Shown piece by piece: positions 52,283 through 64,000 of a DNA stretch of 64,000 nucleotides. Position 1 is the stretch's first letter. Each line of letters opens with the position of its first letter. This DNA is from Camelus ferus (Eukaryota). The DNA is taken from contig NC_045696.1 in NCBI RefSeq assembly GCF_009834535.1, forward strand, positions 68,884,001 through 68,948,000. The letters are read 5' to 3'. The notes under the pieces are model-generated. The model searched no databases. It had not been told where the DNA came from and saw only the letters and a program-made list of their open reading frames with translations. The position numbers and the translations under genes were made by a program.

Positions 52283-55200
52283 ATAAAAAGCTTCAGAGCA
52301 GGGAAGGGAATGGCTGAGCCGGGGGGGGGGGGGGGGCAGAGCCGCGCGGTCAGCAGCAGGAGGGGAGGCATGCCGCAGCCCAGGGCCCTTCTCCACTCCC
52401 TGAAAGCAAGTCACCAACAAACGAGTAATAGCCACTGCTTCTTAGGCACCTACTACGGGCCAGGCATTGCGCCAAGCACCTGTTTAACGTTCAGAATAAC
52501 CCCATAAGGCAGGTAACTGTCGAACCTATTTTACAAGGGAGGAAACTTAGGCTCAGAGAGGTTGCGGAGTTTGCCCATAATCTCTCTACTGTTCAGAAGC
52601 AGAGCCAGGATCTCAACTCAGATTAGGCCCAGAAGCCAAGAAAACCTAGGTGCAGCGCCCCCACCCCCCCGACCCCAGCACTGACTGAGACAAGGACCAG
52701 GCCTGAGATGAGGAAGACCCCCACACAAGACCCAGTTTAGTTTGGAAGAGTGGTGTTAAACTTCACGTGAACGCAGGTTCAGAGTCAGATGAATCTAGAT
52801 TTGGATCCCAGTTTCATTAGTCATCACTGTGTGATCTTAGGCAAATGACACAAATGCTCTGGGCACCAATTTCCTTATGTGTAAAATGTGTGCAAAACCA
52901 CCTACCTCACAGGATTGCTGTGAGGGTTAGAAGGATCCTGCCACACCTGGAACATGGTAGGTGCTTAACAAATGGCGCCTTGTAAACCTGAACCTAGCAG
53001 AAACAGGGAAGGAGGGACGGGAGGTTGGGTCCTGGCTTAGCTGCTGTGGGCAGAGGAAGTCTTTGTTTCTGAGAAAGGGAAATGAACTTTTGGGGAGTGC
53101 ATGAGTAGTAGTTCTCTGGTTAAACATGGGACCTTGATGTCCATCACAAAAAAAGGAAAAAAAGAAACCTGCTGCTTTCATTGTTCACCATTTCAAACAC
53201 TGCTCCACAGCAAAGAGAACCAGAAATGGGGGCTCTCAAAGGGGTTAGAGACTGGGGGGCATTACCAGGAAGGCTGAACTCATGGAAAAGCCTAAATCCA
53301 TAAAATAGATGGGAGATCCCCAGCTATCCAGCCAAATCACCATGCAGCCTTAGAAGCCACTTATCCTCTCTGAGCTTCTGTTTCCTCAGGATAAAGGGGG
53401 CTTAATCACCCTCCTTCCCAGGGTTGTGACGAAAGCACAAGGGAAATACCTGATGAAGAGGAGCCTTAAAGCTCCAGGGCAGGGGCGCGACTCCGCCACC
53501 TCTACACGGCCGTGGGAAATAAAGCTTGCACTTCGTCAAGGGCCCCTTCACTTGAAAGACAGAAAAGACACACTTGTTTTCTGACAAACCTTTACTTGGG
53601 ACACTCATAATTTCTTCTACTAAAGGGTCATTCAGTTATGAATTGAGGTGACTTTATAACTGGTACAAGAATCATTTCTCTACGATCATCAAAATGACAA
53701 CACAAAATCGTTCAGTGCACTCAGCGTGTACACCCCTGCGAGCCTTCTGCAGACGACCGAAGTCCCACGGTCACTGCCACAGAGCGGAGGGCTGGCCCAA
53801 TGCCTGAGAAGGGAGTCAGGAGACCCAAATTCTCACCATAAAGCCTGCTGACTTTTTTCTCAGTTTTCCTCCCGTTTAGAAAATAAACTCACTCAACCTC
53901 CCCGCCACACCCTTAGATCTCTTGCAACTGGAATGTGCTCTGGGGAAAAAAACAGGAAATGAGGTGGTCCCAGAGCAAAACCAGGGCGGGCTGGTAGCAC
54001 TGGGGCCTGGGCATCCAACCTTGATTTCAGGAGAAATACTTCTCTGCCCAGTCAGCTGCATCCACGCTCTGAGCTGAGAGTGTTGAAAGGTTTTCTGGCC
54101 CCACCTGTGAGCCTGGGTCCAGATGGCCTACTCATTTGGCGTCCAAACAATCTAAAGGGAAGCCCCCTAGTCCCCCAAACAACAGCAGTAAATAGAAAAA
54201 TGCTTTGGGTTCTCTCTTGGGCTGTGAGCAGACAGGTCATTTAAAGCCACAACCCCCTTTTCTGTCTCAGCCACTCTTAACCTGCTATAGGTGTGTAGCA
54301 AGAACACGTCCAATTTAGGGACTCTGGGCCGGGGCATAGAGTGAGGGTGGCAGGAAGAAGGTCAGGAGAGGGACAATGAATTGAGGCAGAGACCCCAGCT
54401 TGGCTGGGCTGCCCTGGAAAGAGCACGTTCCCAGTCTGAATTCTGCTCCAAGAGTAATGGGAGACACTGCCAAATACACCTGCCCGAAGTTCACCCTGAT
54501 TCTGAGCCAGGCTCTGCAAGGTGCATTCCCATGGAATCAGATAAATACATAAGCAGTCAGAATTCCTTCCCTCAAGATCACCCAATGCCCCGGGACAGGT
54601 TTCCTGGCTTAAGATAGCTGCCTCCGCTGCCCAGCAGTGATGAAGGCTGCCAAGCAGGGAGGCTGCGAAGAACGAAAGGTGCAGAGGCAGTGACCCAGAC
54701 ACGAGCAGCAGTTCTTGGAGGGGCCGTCCCTGCAGGACAGGAGAACCAGCTCCGAGTTCCCGCTGCCTCTGTGCACCACGAGGTCCTTTTACAGCCTGAG
54801 CCTCAGCTTCCCAAAGAAAACAGGAGCCACCCGTCTTCCAATTGACCACGGCACAGCAGGCTCTTTCCCTATAAATCTCTGTCACCTCACCCTCACCGAG
54901 GCCAGTATGACCACTCTACCTCTTCAGTGAGAAAAGTCTGAGGCTCAGAGAGGTGAAGGCTGCACAGTCAGTAGCTAGTAAGTTGCAGAGACAGGATTTG
55001 AACCCAGGGCTCTCTGAGTGTGCGTTTGCTTCTCATCATCAAAGCAAGGAACAGGGAGGGGGCAATAAATCTCTTCTACTCTTCTCCCCTGCTTTCTCCC
55101 TAAAAGGGTGGCGGCCAATTCAGTGGCAGGCTGGGGATTCATTGTCACTGGAAATCAAAGACATACACATTAAGATAACAAGATGCCAGCGCTCCCCTCT

Positions 55201-57699
55201 ACCAAATTAATAGAAGCTAAAAATAGGTAACATAGAGCAACAAGGGCCCTCTCATACACCTCTTTAGCAAAAATAACACAGAACATCTTTTTTGAAGGGC
55301 AATTTGGCAAAATGTATCAAAGCATTAAAAATGTCTGTTCTCTTTGAACTCAGTAGTTACATCTCCAAAAAGGAAATAACCAGAGCAGCTGTCAAAGACT
55401 ATGGTTCAGTCTCAGCCCACACCCACCCTGAAACAACCTCAATTCACGACAATGCGGAACAGTCCAATTTTATGGACAGGATACGATTAAACAATTAAAA
55501 ATCACTATTTATGAAGATTTCTTAAAGCTTTTCCATTGAAAGTGCATATGGAAAACCCAGAAGGTAGTATAATGAGCCATCATGCGCTCACTGCCCAGCA
55601 CCAACAATTCCAGACTGATGGCCAGGACAGACAGTGAGCTGGCTTTATTCCCACCTCTTACTACGCCTGAAAGTGACTATAATTTTTGCTTCAGTAAATA
55701 CGTGAAAGAGCCCAATCTGTGTATCTGTGAGGATCTTCTGAGAAGCCATGTGGCAGAGTAGGAGGATAATTGCACAAGATGAGTTGGGAGATCTGACTTC
55801 CAGGACCGGGTCTCCTTTGGGCCTGTGTTTTCTGTTCTAAATCATGACTGCATAGGATAAGCTGGTCTCCCTACACCCAGCTGAGAGTGACCTTCATAAA
55901 AGGCAAATGGACTAGGGTCATTGCTCAGTTTACCATCCAACACCTTCCCGAAACACACAGAATAAATTCCAAATTCCTTAAACTGTCCTGTAAACCTTTT
56001 GTGGATTTTGCTGCTATCTGTCATCTCATCCCCGGCCACTCCTCCACAGCCCCCACATTCCATACGCACTGACCTAATGAAGGCTCACCCACCCCACCTC
56101 ACCATTTCCCGCTTGCACCACTGCCCTCACCCTTGAGCTCAAATACTTCTCCTTACCATCGTGTCAAACGTGTAAATACCTCCTCTTCCATGGAAACTGC
56201 TTGGGGACTTCCGTGAGGTTCTCCCAGATGCTCCGGGACCCTGCTGGGCCAGCCCCCTTCCCTCCTCCTCCTCTGTGTCCCTCTGCGTACACTCTGGGAG
56301 CACAGTTGGGTGGGTGGCAATCACTTATTTGATAGGTCCCTCTCTCCCTCACTGTATTAGTGTTTTTCAAAATATATACTATTTTACATTAGTGGGTCTC
56401 AAAATTAATTTAAAGCATCACTACCAGCTTTTTAAAAATAGAATAAATTAGATTTGAAAATACCATAAATAACAGTGTTTCATGAAACTTTACTCTGAAA
56501 TAGAGAATTAGATGGATTCAGATGGATGACAGATAATTAACTCCCATGGACCCATGACCCAGATTCAATAATTATCAATTCTGGCCAATCTTATTTTGTT
56601 TATATTTCTACCCACTCCTGTACCTCTGAGATTATTTTGAAACAAAACCCAAATATCATGGCATTCATTCATAAACATTTCAGTATGTATTTTTAAAAAA
56701 TAAAAAACTTTTTAAAAAGTAACATTAAAATACATTATATAACCTTAAAATACATTGCCAATTGTTGGTGACAGTCAAAAAAAGTTTGTAAGACAAGTTC
56801 CCAGGAAGAGATGCTACCCCATGGATGTCTGCACTCCCATGCCTGGTGCCCAGCTAGTGCTCAGTGGTGAAAGGAAGAGGAGGAGGAAAGAGAAGGATAG
56901 AAACTGGAGAGGTGCTAAAAGGGAAAGAAAAGGGAGACAGTTCCTTCCCTTTTAGCTTTGAATCATCTTGAAAGTTGGCAAATTTCTCAAGAGACAAAAA
57001 TACTAATTTATGTCCCTCATCCTTAATTAATTCCTGAATAATCAAGGCTTCCATGTTGGCTGTTTTCCCTCTGGGATGCCACACACGATTGTGCAAGTTG
57101 TTCACGGCACAGGCGCCTGGCCCTGGTGGAACGGCATCTTCCCTGATACAAGAAAAAGCGCCCTATGGGCTGATGGTGCCCTGTCCTCCCCCCGCCCTCA
57201 CTCCCGTGGCTTATGTGCAGCTACCTCTGTCCACTGCTCAATTCTCCCTCCGCTGAATTCTTCCTTCTGCGCCGTCCACGGAGGCCACGGGCAGAAGATT
57301 CTCCACAAAGCCAGATGCCTTTGCAGCGTGTTCTCCGTTAAGAGCCGTAAAAAGCCACCTTTATGTAGAATGACTTTAGCGTCAGGAGCAGGACCTCTCT
57401 CTTAGGAAAAGTCCTGGGTTCCGGGGTTGGCACTGCCTCCTGTCCGTCACAGGACTTTTAGATGATATTCTCGAGGCCACATTCTCTTAATGTGAAAATA
57501 GGAAAAATAATAGCTCCCCTGTCTCCTTCTGAGAGCCTTTGTGAGGAAGGAAAAGGCTTTGGCAATGGTAAAGTAGCACACAGATGAAAGGGTGTTTCAG
57601 TCATGATTCATGGTTCTGCCCAGAACTGTAGTTCCTAAACATCCCTGCTGTCTGAAGGACCAGGGATTATGTTCCTCAAAAAAACTCTGTATACTTTAA

Positions 57700-58660
57700 A
57701 AGTACAAGTTCACAAATGATTGGAAAATCTTTTATACAATGTATAATAACATCAAATGCCAAGAAGCAAGTTTAATTAAAGATAGGCAAGACTTCTTATG
57801 GAAAACTACAAAACCTTACTGAAAGTAATTAAGGAAGACCCAAATAAATGGGAATACAGACCATGCTTATGAATTGGAAGGTTCAGTTTTATTAAAATGT
57901 CAATTTTCCCCTGAACTGACTGTGATGGTAAATCTTACCCATCAACTTGACTGGGCCACAGGTTGCCCAGGTATTTGGTCAAACATGATTCTGGGTATGT
58001 CTGTAAGGGTGTTCTGAATTAGATTAACACACACACCCTCTTAGTTCTGTTTCTCTGGAGTAACCTACCTATTACATTGATCTATAGCTTTAGTTCACTC
58101 TCAATCAAAATCCCAACAGGCATTTTGTAGAAATTAACAAGCTCACTGCAAAATTTGTAAGAAAATATAAAGGACCTAGAAGAGCAAAAGCAATCTGAAA
58201 AGACAAGAACAAAGTTAAAGGACTTACATTACCAAACTTATTTCAAAATCACAGCAACGGTGTAAAGACAGACAAATAGAGCAATGAAAAAGAACAGAAT
58301 CCAGAAATAACAGTAACTTCACTTTTTACAGTGGTACCAGAGAAATTCAGTGAAGAAAGCAAAGTCTTCTTAATAAATTGTTCTGGAATGTCTGGACTTC
58401 CATACGGGGCAAAGAAAACAAAAATGAACCTTGAACTGTGCTTCACTCTATCCATATAGTTAGTTTAAAGTGGATCCCAGGCCTATATGTGAAAGTTCGA
58501 ACTATAAAGTTTCCAGAAGAAAACATAGGACAATATCTTTATGATCTTGGGGTAGGTAAAGGTTTCTTAGACAAGACACAAAAGGTACTAATAATAAAAG
58601 GGAAAATAATGAATGAGAACTTCATCACATTTAAAGTCCAAGTTATTTAAAAGCGGCCCT
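57700..58660 (+). mobile_element. Old L1 ORF2 3' fragment, interrupted by a deleted MLT2 LTR
   Basis: GGAAAACTACAAAACCTTACTGAAAG...GAATTGGAAG...AAAATGTCAATT...AATCAAAATCCCAACAGG...GAAGAAAACATAGGACAATATCTTTATGATCTTGGGGTAGG. Confidence 0.75.
57921..58076 (+). mobile_element. Internally deleted MLT2 (ERVL) solo LTR
   Basis: Start TGTGATGGTAAAT...TCAACTTGACTGGGCCACAGG, end TAGTTCTGTTTCTCTGGAG...AATACA-like. Degenerate 5-bp TSD ctgac/ttgat. Confidence 0.8.
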
Positions 58661-61600
58661 GACAACTAATTTCAGGTTTTAATGTGAGAAAGAGACTTAA
58701 GATCCAGGCCTGGAAACAACTGTCCCAGAATACACACACACACCCAAGATGTTTTAGGACCTCACACAGGGGGAACAGCCTCGTATCTCAGCAACATGGT
58801 AGACCCAGGGTTGGGAAGCATTTATGAGAACAAGATAAGATTTCAGTGTACCCCTAGGAGGTAAGTTTCCCACAGACTACCTAATTATCTAATTCCGACC
58901 CACAACCCCAAAGGCATTCATGCAAAGAAAAGATCAGGGTGGGCTGGACACACTGCTGGCATGAAAAAGAAGGAAATTTTAAAAGCATCTGATCAAACGC
59001 TCCTCATCCCATTTTCACAGATCAACAAACAGAGGCCCACTGCCCCAGAGAAGGTTACATCACTGGTTTGTGACACAGCTAAAGTGGAGCTCAGATCTCG
59101 GGGCTCCCTGTGCAGTTCTCCTCTCTCACCGTGTCTGTTATGCTGCTGGCTTCTGGGTCTGACCAGGCTTCTCAGAAGATGTAGGGGGCTCACACTGGTC
59201 CTAAAAATGTGAGTACTTGAGCCAGGATTTGTGACGCTCTCAGTATATTGTCCAACATAACAACAGATGCTCAGTAAAGAATACTATTACTAGGTTAGTT
59301 TGGACTTCCCGAATGAGCAGTGACCAAGCCAAAGCCCCGAAGCTAAGGTTTGAATACTAAGGTTCCTTTCATTCCAGGATTACTCCGCCACCTGCCTGGC
59401 AGCCCATGCCACCAATTACCACCATCCAAGGAAAGCTGAACCCACAGGGCGTGAGGATTAAAGGTGGAAACATTCCTCCTTTCTGCCGATATGCCTGGAG
59501 TTCAGTTTTTACTCAGAAAACTGGATGGCTACAAATCTGATGTGAACACACCACAGAATTATCCTCACCCCAGTTCCCTGGCGAGGGTAGATGGAACAGA
59601 TGGGAGTCAGTGAGATGTTGAGAGACAGAAGCCACTCAGCGGGGAGAAACAGCCGGGATGAGGGAACACCGGTGCCTCACAGCGTACAAGGAAGCATAGG
59701 CAAAGGAAAGTCCTTTGCATCTTCTAAACGTAAATAACATTGCATTTGTTTCCCCCCAGCCCACCTGCCTCACTCTGCAGCTGCACCTGTCACTATGATA
59801 CACATACCGTCTCACATCACAGGCAGACTTTTGCAAGTGTATCCATTCAGCCAATATACACGTATGGAGCCAGTCGGGCCCCGTGCTAGGCAAGAAGAGC
59901 ACAGGGTGACTGTGGAGGTGTCTGCCTCCAGAGGGAGGGAGACAGGTAAGGAGACACAGCTGCAGAGTGTGCACCGGGCAGAGAGGCCAGCCACCCAGTC
60001 TGGATGGTTCGAGGAACCTGCCTGGGGAGGCCTCTCAACTAAATCATGAAGAGGAGTTGTCGGGACAGACAAGAGAAGGGGATGGGAGTTGCTGCACGCA
60101 AGTACCTCTCTGGCCTTTTTTTGCATTTCCTGAAGAATATCTTTTTTACCTTATTATTTAGACAAACTTGATTTGTATTTCTGAGTGTAAAGACACATTT
60201 GATACCTTCCATAAACCTGACAGCTTCCTTGGATGTCAATTGTACGAGAAAGCCACAAAATCAACAGGTATATGATGCATCATCCCTTCTCTGTGAAATT
60301 ATGCTCTAGCTAACCTCAAAAACAAGATGTCATTAAAACCTGTTGAAAGCTTCAGGGACATGAAAATGCTGATTTGCCTGCTATTTGTTTCAGGATGGAC
60401 CCAAGCCTACAATGTGGACAAGAGAAATACACTTTAACCACACATCTGGTCAAAATCTGAGCTCATTACAACAGAGCTGCTGTGACCAACGTAAGGGGAC
60501 AAAGCTCTCCCTTTTGTAGAGCAGAAAATGAAACTAAAAAGCAAGGTTTTTCTTTCCATTACATTTGTGGAGGGTCTTTTATACACAGAACTCTGTGCTA
60601 AATGCTCTTCAGGTGCTATAATCCCATTTCACACATGAGGAAGCTCGAGGCCAGAGACGTTAATTTGCCCGAAGAAGGCATCTAGGACGTGTTGGAAGTT
60701 AGATTCAAACCTACCTTTACAACATTTTACTGAGTATCAATTACATGCCAGGCTCTGTTCTGAGTACTTTTCAAGTACTGACCCATTTAATCTCCCAGCA
60801 AACTTACAGGGATCTACCACTGTCGTCCCTATTTTAGGTGAAGAAATTAGACAAAGAGAGATTCAGTACTATGCCCAGCATCACATCTTCCTGAGTCCAA
60901 AGCCGTGACAGACGCATGTGCAGTCGGGGGTGTGGAAGGAACAGGAAGGTCCGCCCTGGCCCACAGGTTCCGTGCAGTTCAGAACGGAGCTCGGCACTTT
61001 TGTGCTGCTGTGGGAGGTGGAGGCTGAGCATCAGGGAAGTGCCGTGTCCAGACGTGAAGGTTGTGGGTATTCAGGCTTGACCCTCACCATCAGCCTGCAC
61101 GTGAATGTCCTTACAACATAAGACTTACTTTAACTGACTTCTAATTCAGATTTATTAGTTCAAATTTATTTTTTAATTTTATCTGTAAATTTTCAGTATG
61201 TATTTTTAAAAGATAGGGACTCTAAAAATACAAACAACTTAACCATAATATACTATTGTCACATTTAAGTAATGAACAACTCCATTGTATCATCAGATAT
61301 GGAATCAGTATTCAAATTTCCCCGATTATCATATGTATGTGTGTATGTATATGCACACATATATGTATATGCACATATACATAATTTTAAAAAACAGTGT
61401 ATTTATTCAAATCAGGATCAAAATGAAGTTGCTACATTGCATAGTTTAATATGACTTTTAAAATTCTTAAACTGCTTTTAATCAATAGTTTCCCAAGAGG
61501 GGGATTTTTGAGCCCTGGCACTGATTCTGACACCTGGCACTGTCAGGTGAGGTGTGGCTTCACCATCTATATACACAGATGTGAACACAGGCCCACGGAT

Positions 61601-63499
61601 GCCATCTCCGCCTATTCACTCCCATTGCTCAACCGTCCCTCTCAGAAACACCCACTTCCTGATCTTTTATCTTTTCACTCTTAAATGACAGATGACCTTT
61701 TGAGAATCTTCTTTAAATATTTGAATACCAATCTGAAGGATGAGTTGAGCTGCCTGAAATCTCTGCCTCAGATCTTAACCCAAGAAGCTTTGTCTATTTG
61801 CTTGTCCTGGACCATGAAGGTAGAACACTGCTTTTCAATCAAGTGAAAGTTTGCAGCTTCGCTTAACTAGAAATAACCTGGATCTCACTTTGGAATTGGG
61901 AGGAGGCACGTTAGGATGTGGAGGAGCCCGCCCTGCCACCCACACGATGGTGTAACTTTGTGCTTTTCATGCCTGTTGGTTTTCAGAGGAGGAAGGTTGA
62001 GTGTCGATGGTAAGGAGGTATTTCCTGGGTAAAAATAGGAGCAGGATGTTATGAGACGGGGCTCCTGTTTTCACAAGCCTCTCTGTGCAAACAGCTGAGG
62101 GTTATAAGTTGCCACAGGTGGAACTTCTGTTCCTAAGAGCTCACTGCACACATCCTAGGGTGAGCTGGGAGAACCGGAAGTGACCACGTCAGGAAGGCAG
62201 TGATGTTCCATCTGCAGGAAGGACCTCTCACGATAAGACTCATATTGTTAGGTGGGCCATTGTACAACCTATGCTGCTGTTTACTTTGGATTAAATGCTC
62301 TAGCATTCCATGCTCGTTTATATCTTTATGCCCTTCTGTTTTGCAAATACCTCCAAGAGTTCTTCCTGTTGGCCATTCATACATCTTCCCCACTGCTACC
62401 CTTCTTTGCTTCTCCTAAGGTGCACCCTCCCCCGGCCCTGGGTACCCTTAGACTTACTCAGTTCCCCCATTACATGCACGTCCCATGTTGCACTGTCAGT
62501 ATATTTTTTTGCAAGGCCCGCTGCACCACTGAACTCTGATATCCTGAAGCTTACTTCCCGCTACACAGGTTACACCCAGCTTGCGTGGTGGTTTGGCGGT
62601 TTGGGGTGGGGGGGGGGTCTGTGTGCAGCACTCTGCCTGGGCTGTGTTGGGGGACATGCAAGAAGGAGGTGGTGTGTTCTTGGGGAAACCTGTTTTCAGA
62701 GACATGAGACATGGAAAAGAGTTAAAAAAACAGTACAACAGGAAGGCAGACAAAATCAGAGGAGGCAGACAGGACTGGCCGACCTCCTTCCTGTGCAAAT
62801 TATACTACTTGATCCTGGCCTATACAGTTCTTTACAGATTATCAAGCACATTCACATGTGTTCTCTCATGTCATGAACAGGATATCACTGCCCTCTGTTT
62901 TGTAAAAGACAAAACTGTGGCCCAGAGAAGTGAAATGACCTGCTGACGGCTATCTAATCAGTACTGGTAGACCAGGACTGGGGCCAAGTCTTCTGATTTT
63001 AAATCTGGTTTCCTTTCTTCCTGTCTCAGGTTGGTAACTTGGGGCCTGGAAAGGAGAAGGGACTCACCTGGAACTGCAGATGTGATAAAAGACTTTAGAC
63101 AGTGCTGACGATGCCAAGCACTCTATGTGGTCAATGAATGGGGAGTGTTTATACAACCCTGAAACATTCATATAAAAGTCTGCTCAGTGAATCCAACGTG
63201 CTGGGTGATCCTCCAGCCCTGGAGGGGATTACGACTTCTTCTGGGTACCAGAAGAAATAATTATCTTGAGTTTAGTACTATGTAGCCCAAAAAAGAGAGT
63301 ATTTCAACACTGGGATCACATCCAGCACAAAATGCTTTCACCCTACAGGGACTGAGGAAATCTCTGGCTCCTGTCTCCCCGTCTGCACTTGTGCAAGCCT
63401 CAAAGTAAGCTGACTGAGTGGCTGTCAGGACCGTGGGGACTATTTCCATTACTTTTTCTGTCTTTCCCAATCTCTCCCTTTACAAAAATGTGCTGAGTA

Positions 63500-63779
63500 T
63501 GGACACAGCAAACAAACTATGGTTACCAAAGGGGAAGTGCGGGGGAGAGGTAAATTAGGAGTTTGGGACTAACAGAAACACATTACTACATATAAAATAG
63601 ATAAACAACAAGGACGTACTGTATAATATAGGAAACTATATTCAATTTCTTGTAATAACATATAAAGGAAAAGAATCTGAATGAAAAAAAAATATATATA
63701 TATATAACTGAATCACTTTGCTGTACACCCAAAACTAACATTGTAAATCAACCACACTTCAATAAAATTTTTTTTTTTT
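63500..63779 (+). mobile_element. 5'-truncated L1 3' UTR (cetartiodactyl-type)
   Basis: ACAAACTATGGTTACCAAAGGGGAA...TATAACTGAATCACTTTGCTGTACACC...AATAAA. TSD AATGTGCTG(A/G)GTA at 63487-63499 and 63780-63792. Confidence 0.88.
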
Positions 63780-64000
63780 AATGTGCTGGGTAGACTGGAC
63801 ATGCCACTCTGTGAGCTTATATGCTGTTTCCCTGAGATGAAGCCATACTAAGCTTCTATCATTAGGGTTGACGTTCAGGGGAAAAAGGTAATCACAGCCT
63901 AACACCGTGAGAATACGCGCACGACAAGGAGCACGCAGAGCGGCTCAGGTCACAGCGCCCACCGCTGACAAGGACGCATGTCCACGTCTACATGCCTCAC

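Noticed and set aside
54277..54885. 202-aa minus-strand ORF (also 62310..62876, 21986..22501 and 50148..50624)
   Set aside because: No recognisable domain or exon structure, and some overlap repeats. Expected by chance in 64 kb when alternative starts are allowed.
38200..64000. Search for distal ST6GAL1 exons X, Y and Z, a CpG-island promoter, a second gene or ncRNA genes
   Set aside because: I could not recognise any of them with confidence and saw no CpG island. The P3 exons probably lie beyond the right edge.

Overview
Mammalian genomic DNA, probably camelid: it carries several copies of a tRNA-derived SINE resembling the Vic-1 family. The window holds one protein-coding gene, ST6GAL1 (beta-galactoside alpha-2,6-sialyltransferase 1), on the minus strand. 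All five coding exons resolve with GT-AG boundaries (31429-30844, 23937-23840, 5480-5382, 4193-4019, 1961-1714), giving a 1206-nt CDS and a 401-aa protein with sialylmotifs L, S, III and VS intact. A non-coding exon I (about 37858-37725) lies next to an HNF1 site marking the probable liver P1 promoter. The 3' UTR runs off the left edge. The rest is intronic or upstream DNA rich in L1, L2, MIR, MaLR/ERV LTRs, hAT elements and SINEs. I found no new multi-gene system. The best leads are lineage-specific changes in ST6GAL1: (1) the exon I splice acceptor reads CG instead of AG; (2) the BACE1 shedding site reads Met-Pro instead of Leu-Gln, plus a 7-aa stem deletion; (3) a 2.35-kb triply deleted L1 with both ends and TSDs sits in the gene's orientation upstream of the first coding exon; (4) a three-level nested insertion adds sense-strand poly(A) signals to the largest intron. 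Comparisons with human and rat ST6GAL1 and repeat-family names come from memory and need alignment or RepeatMasker confirmation.
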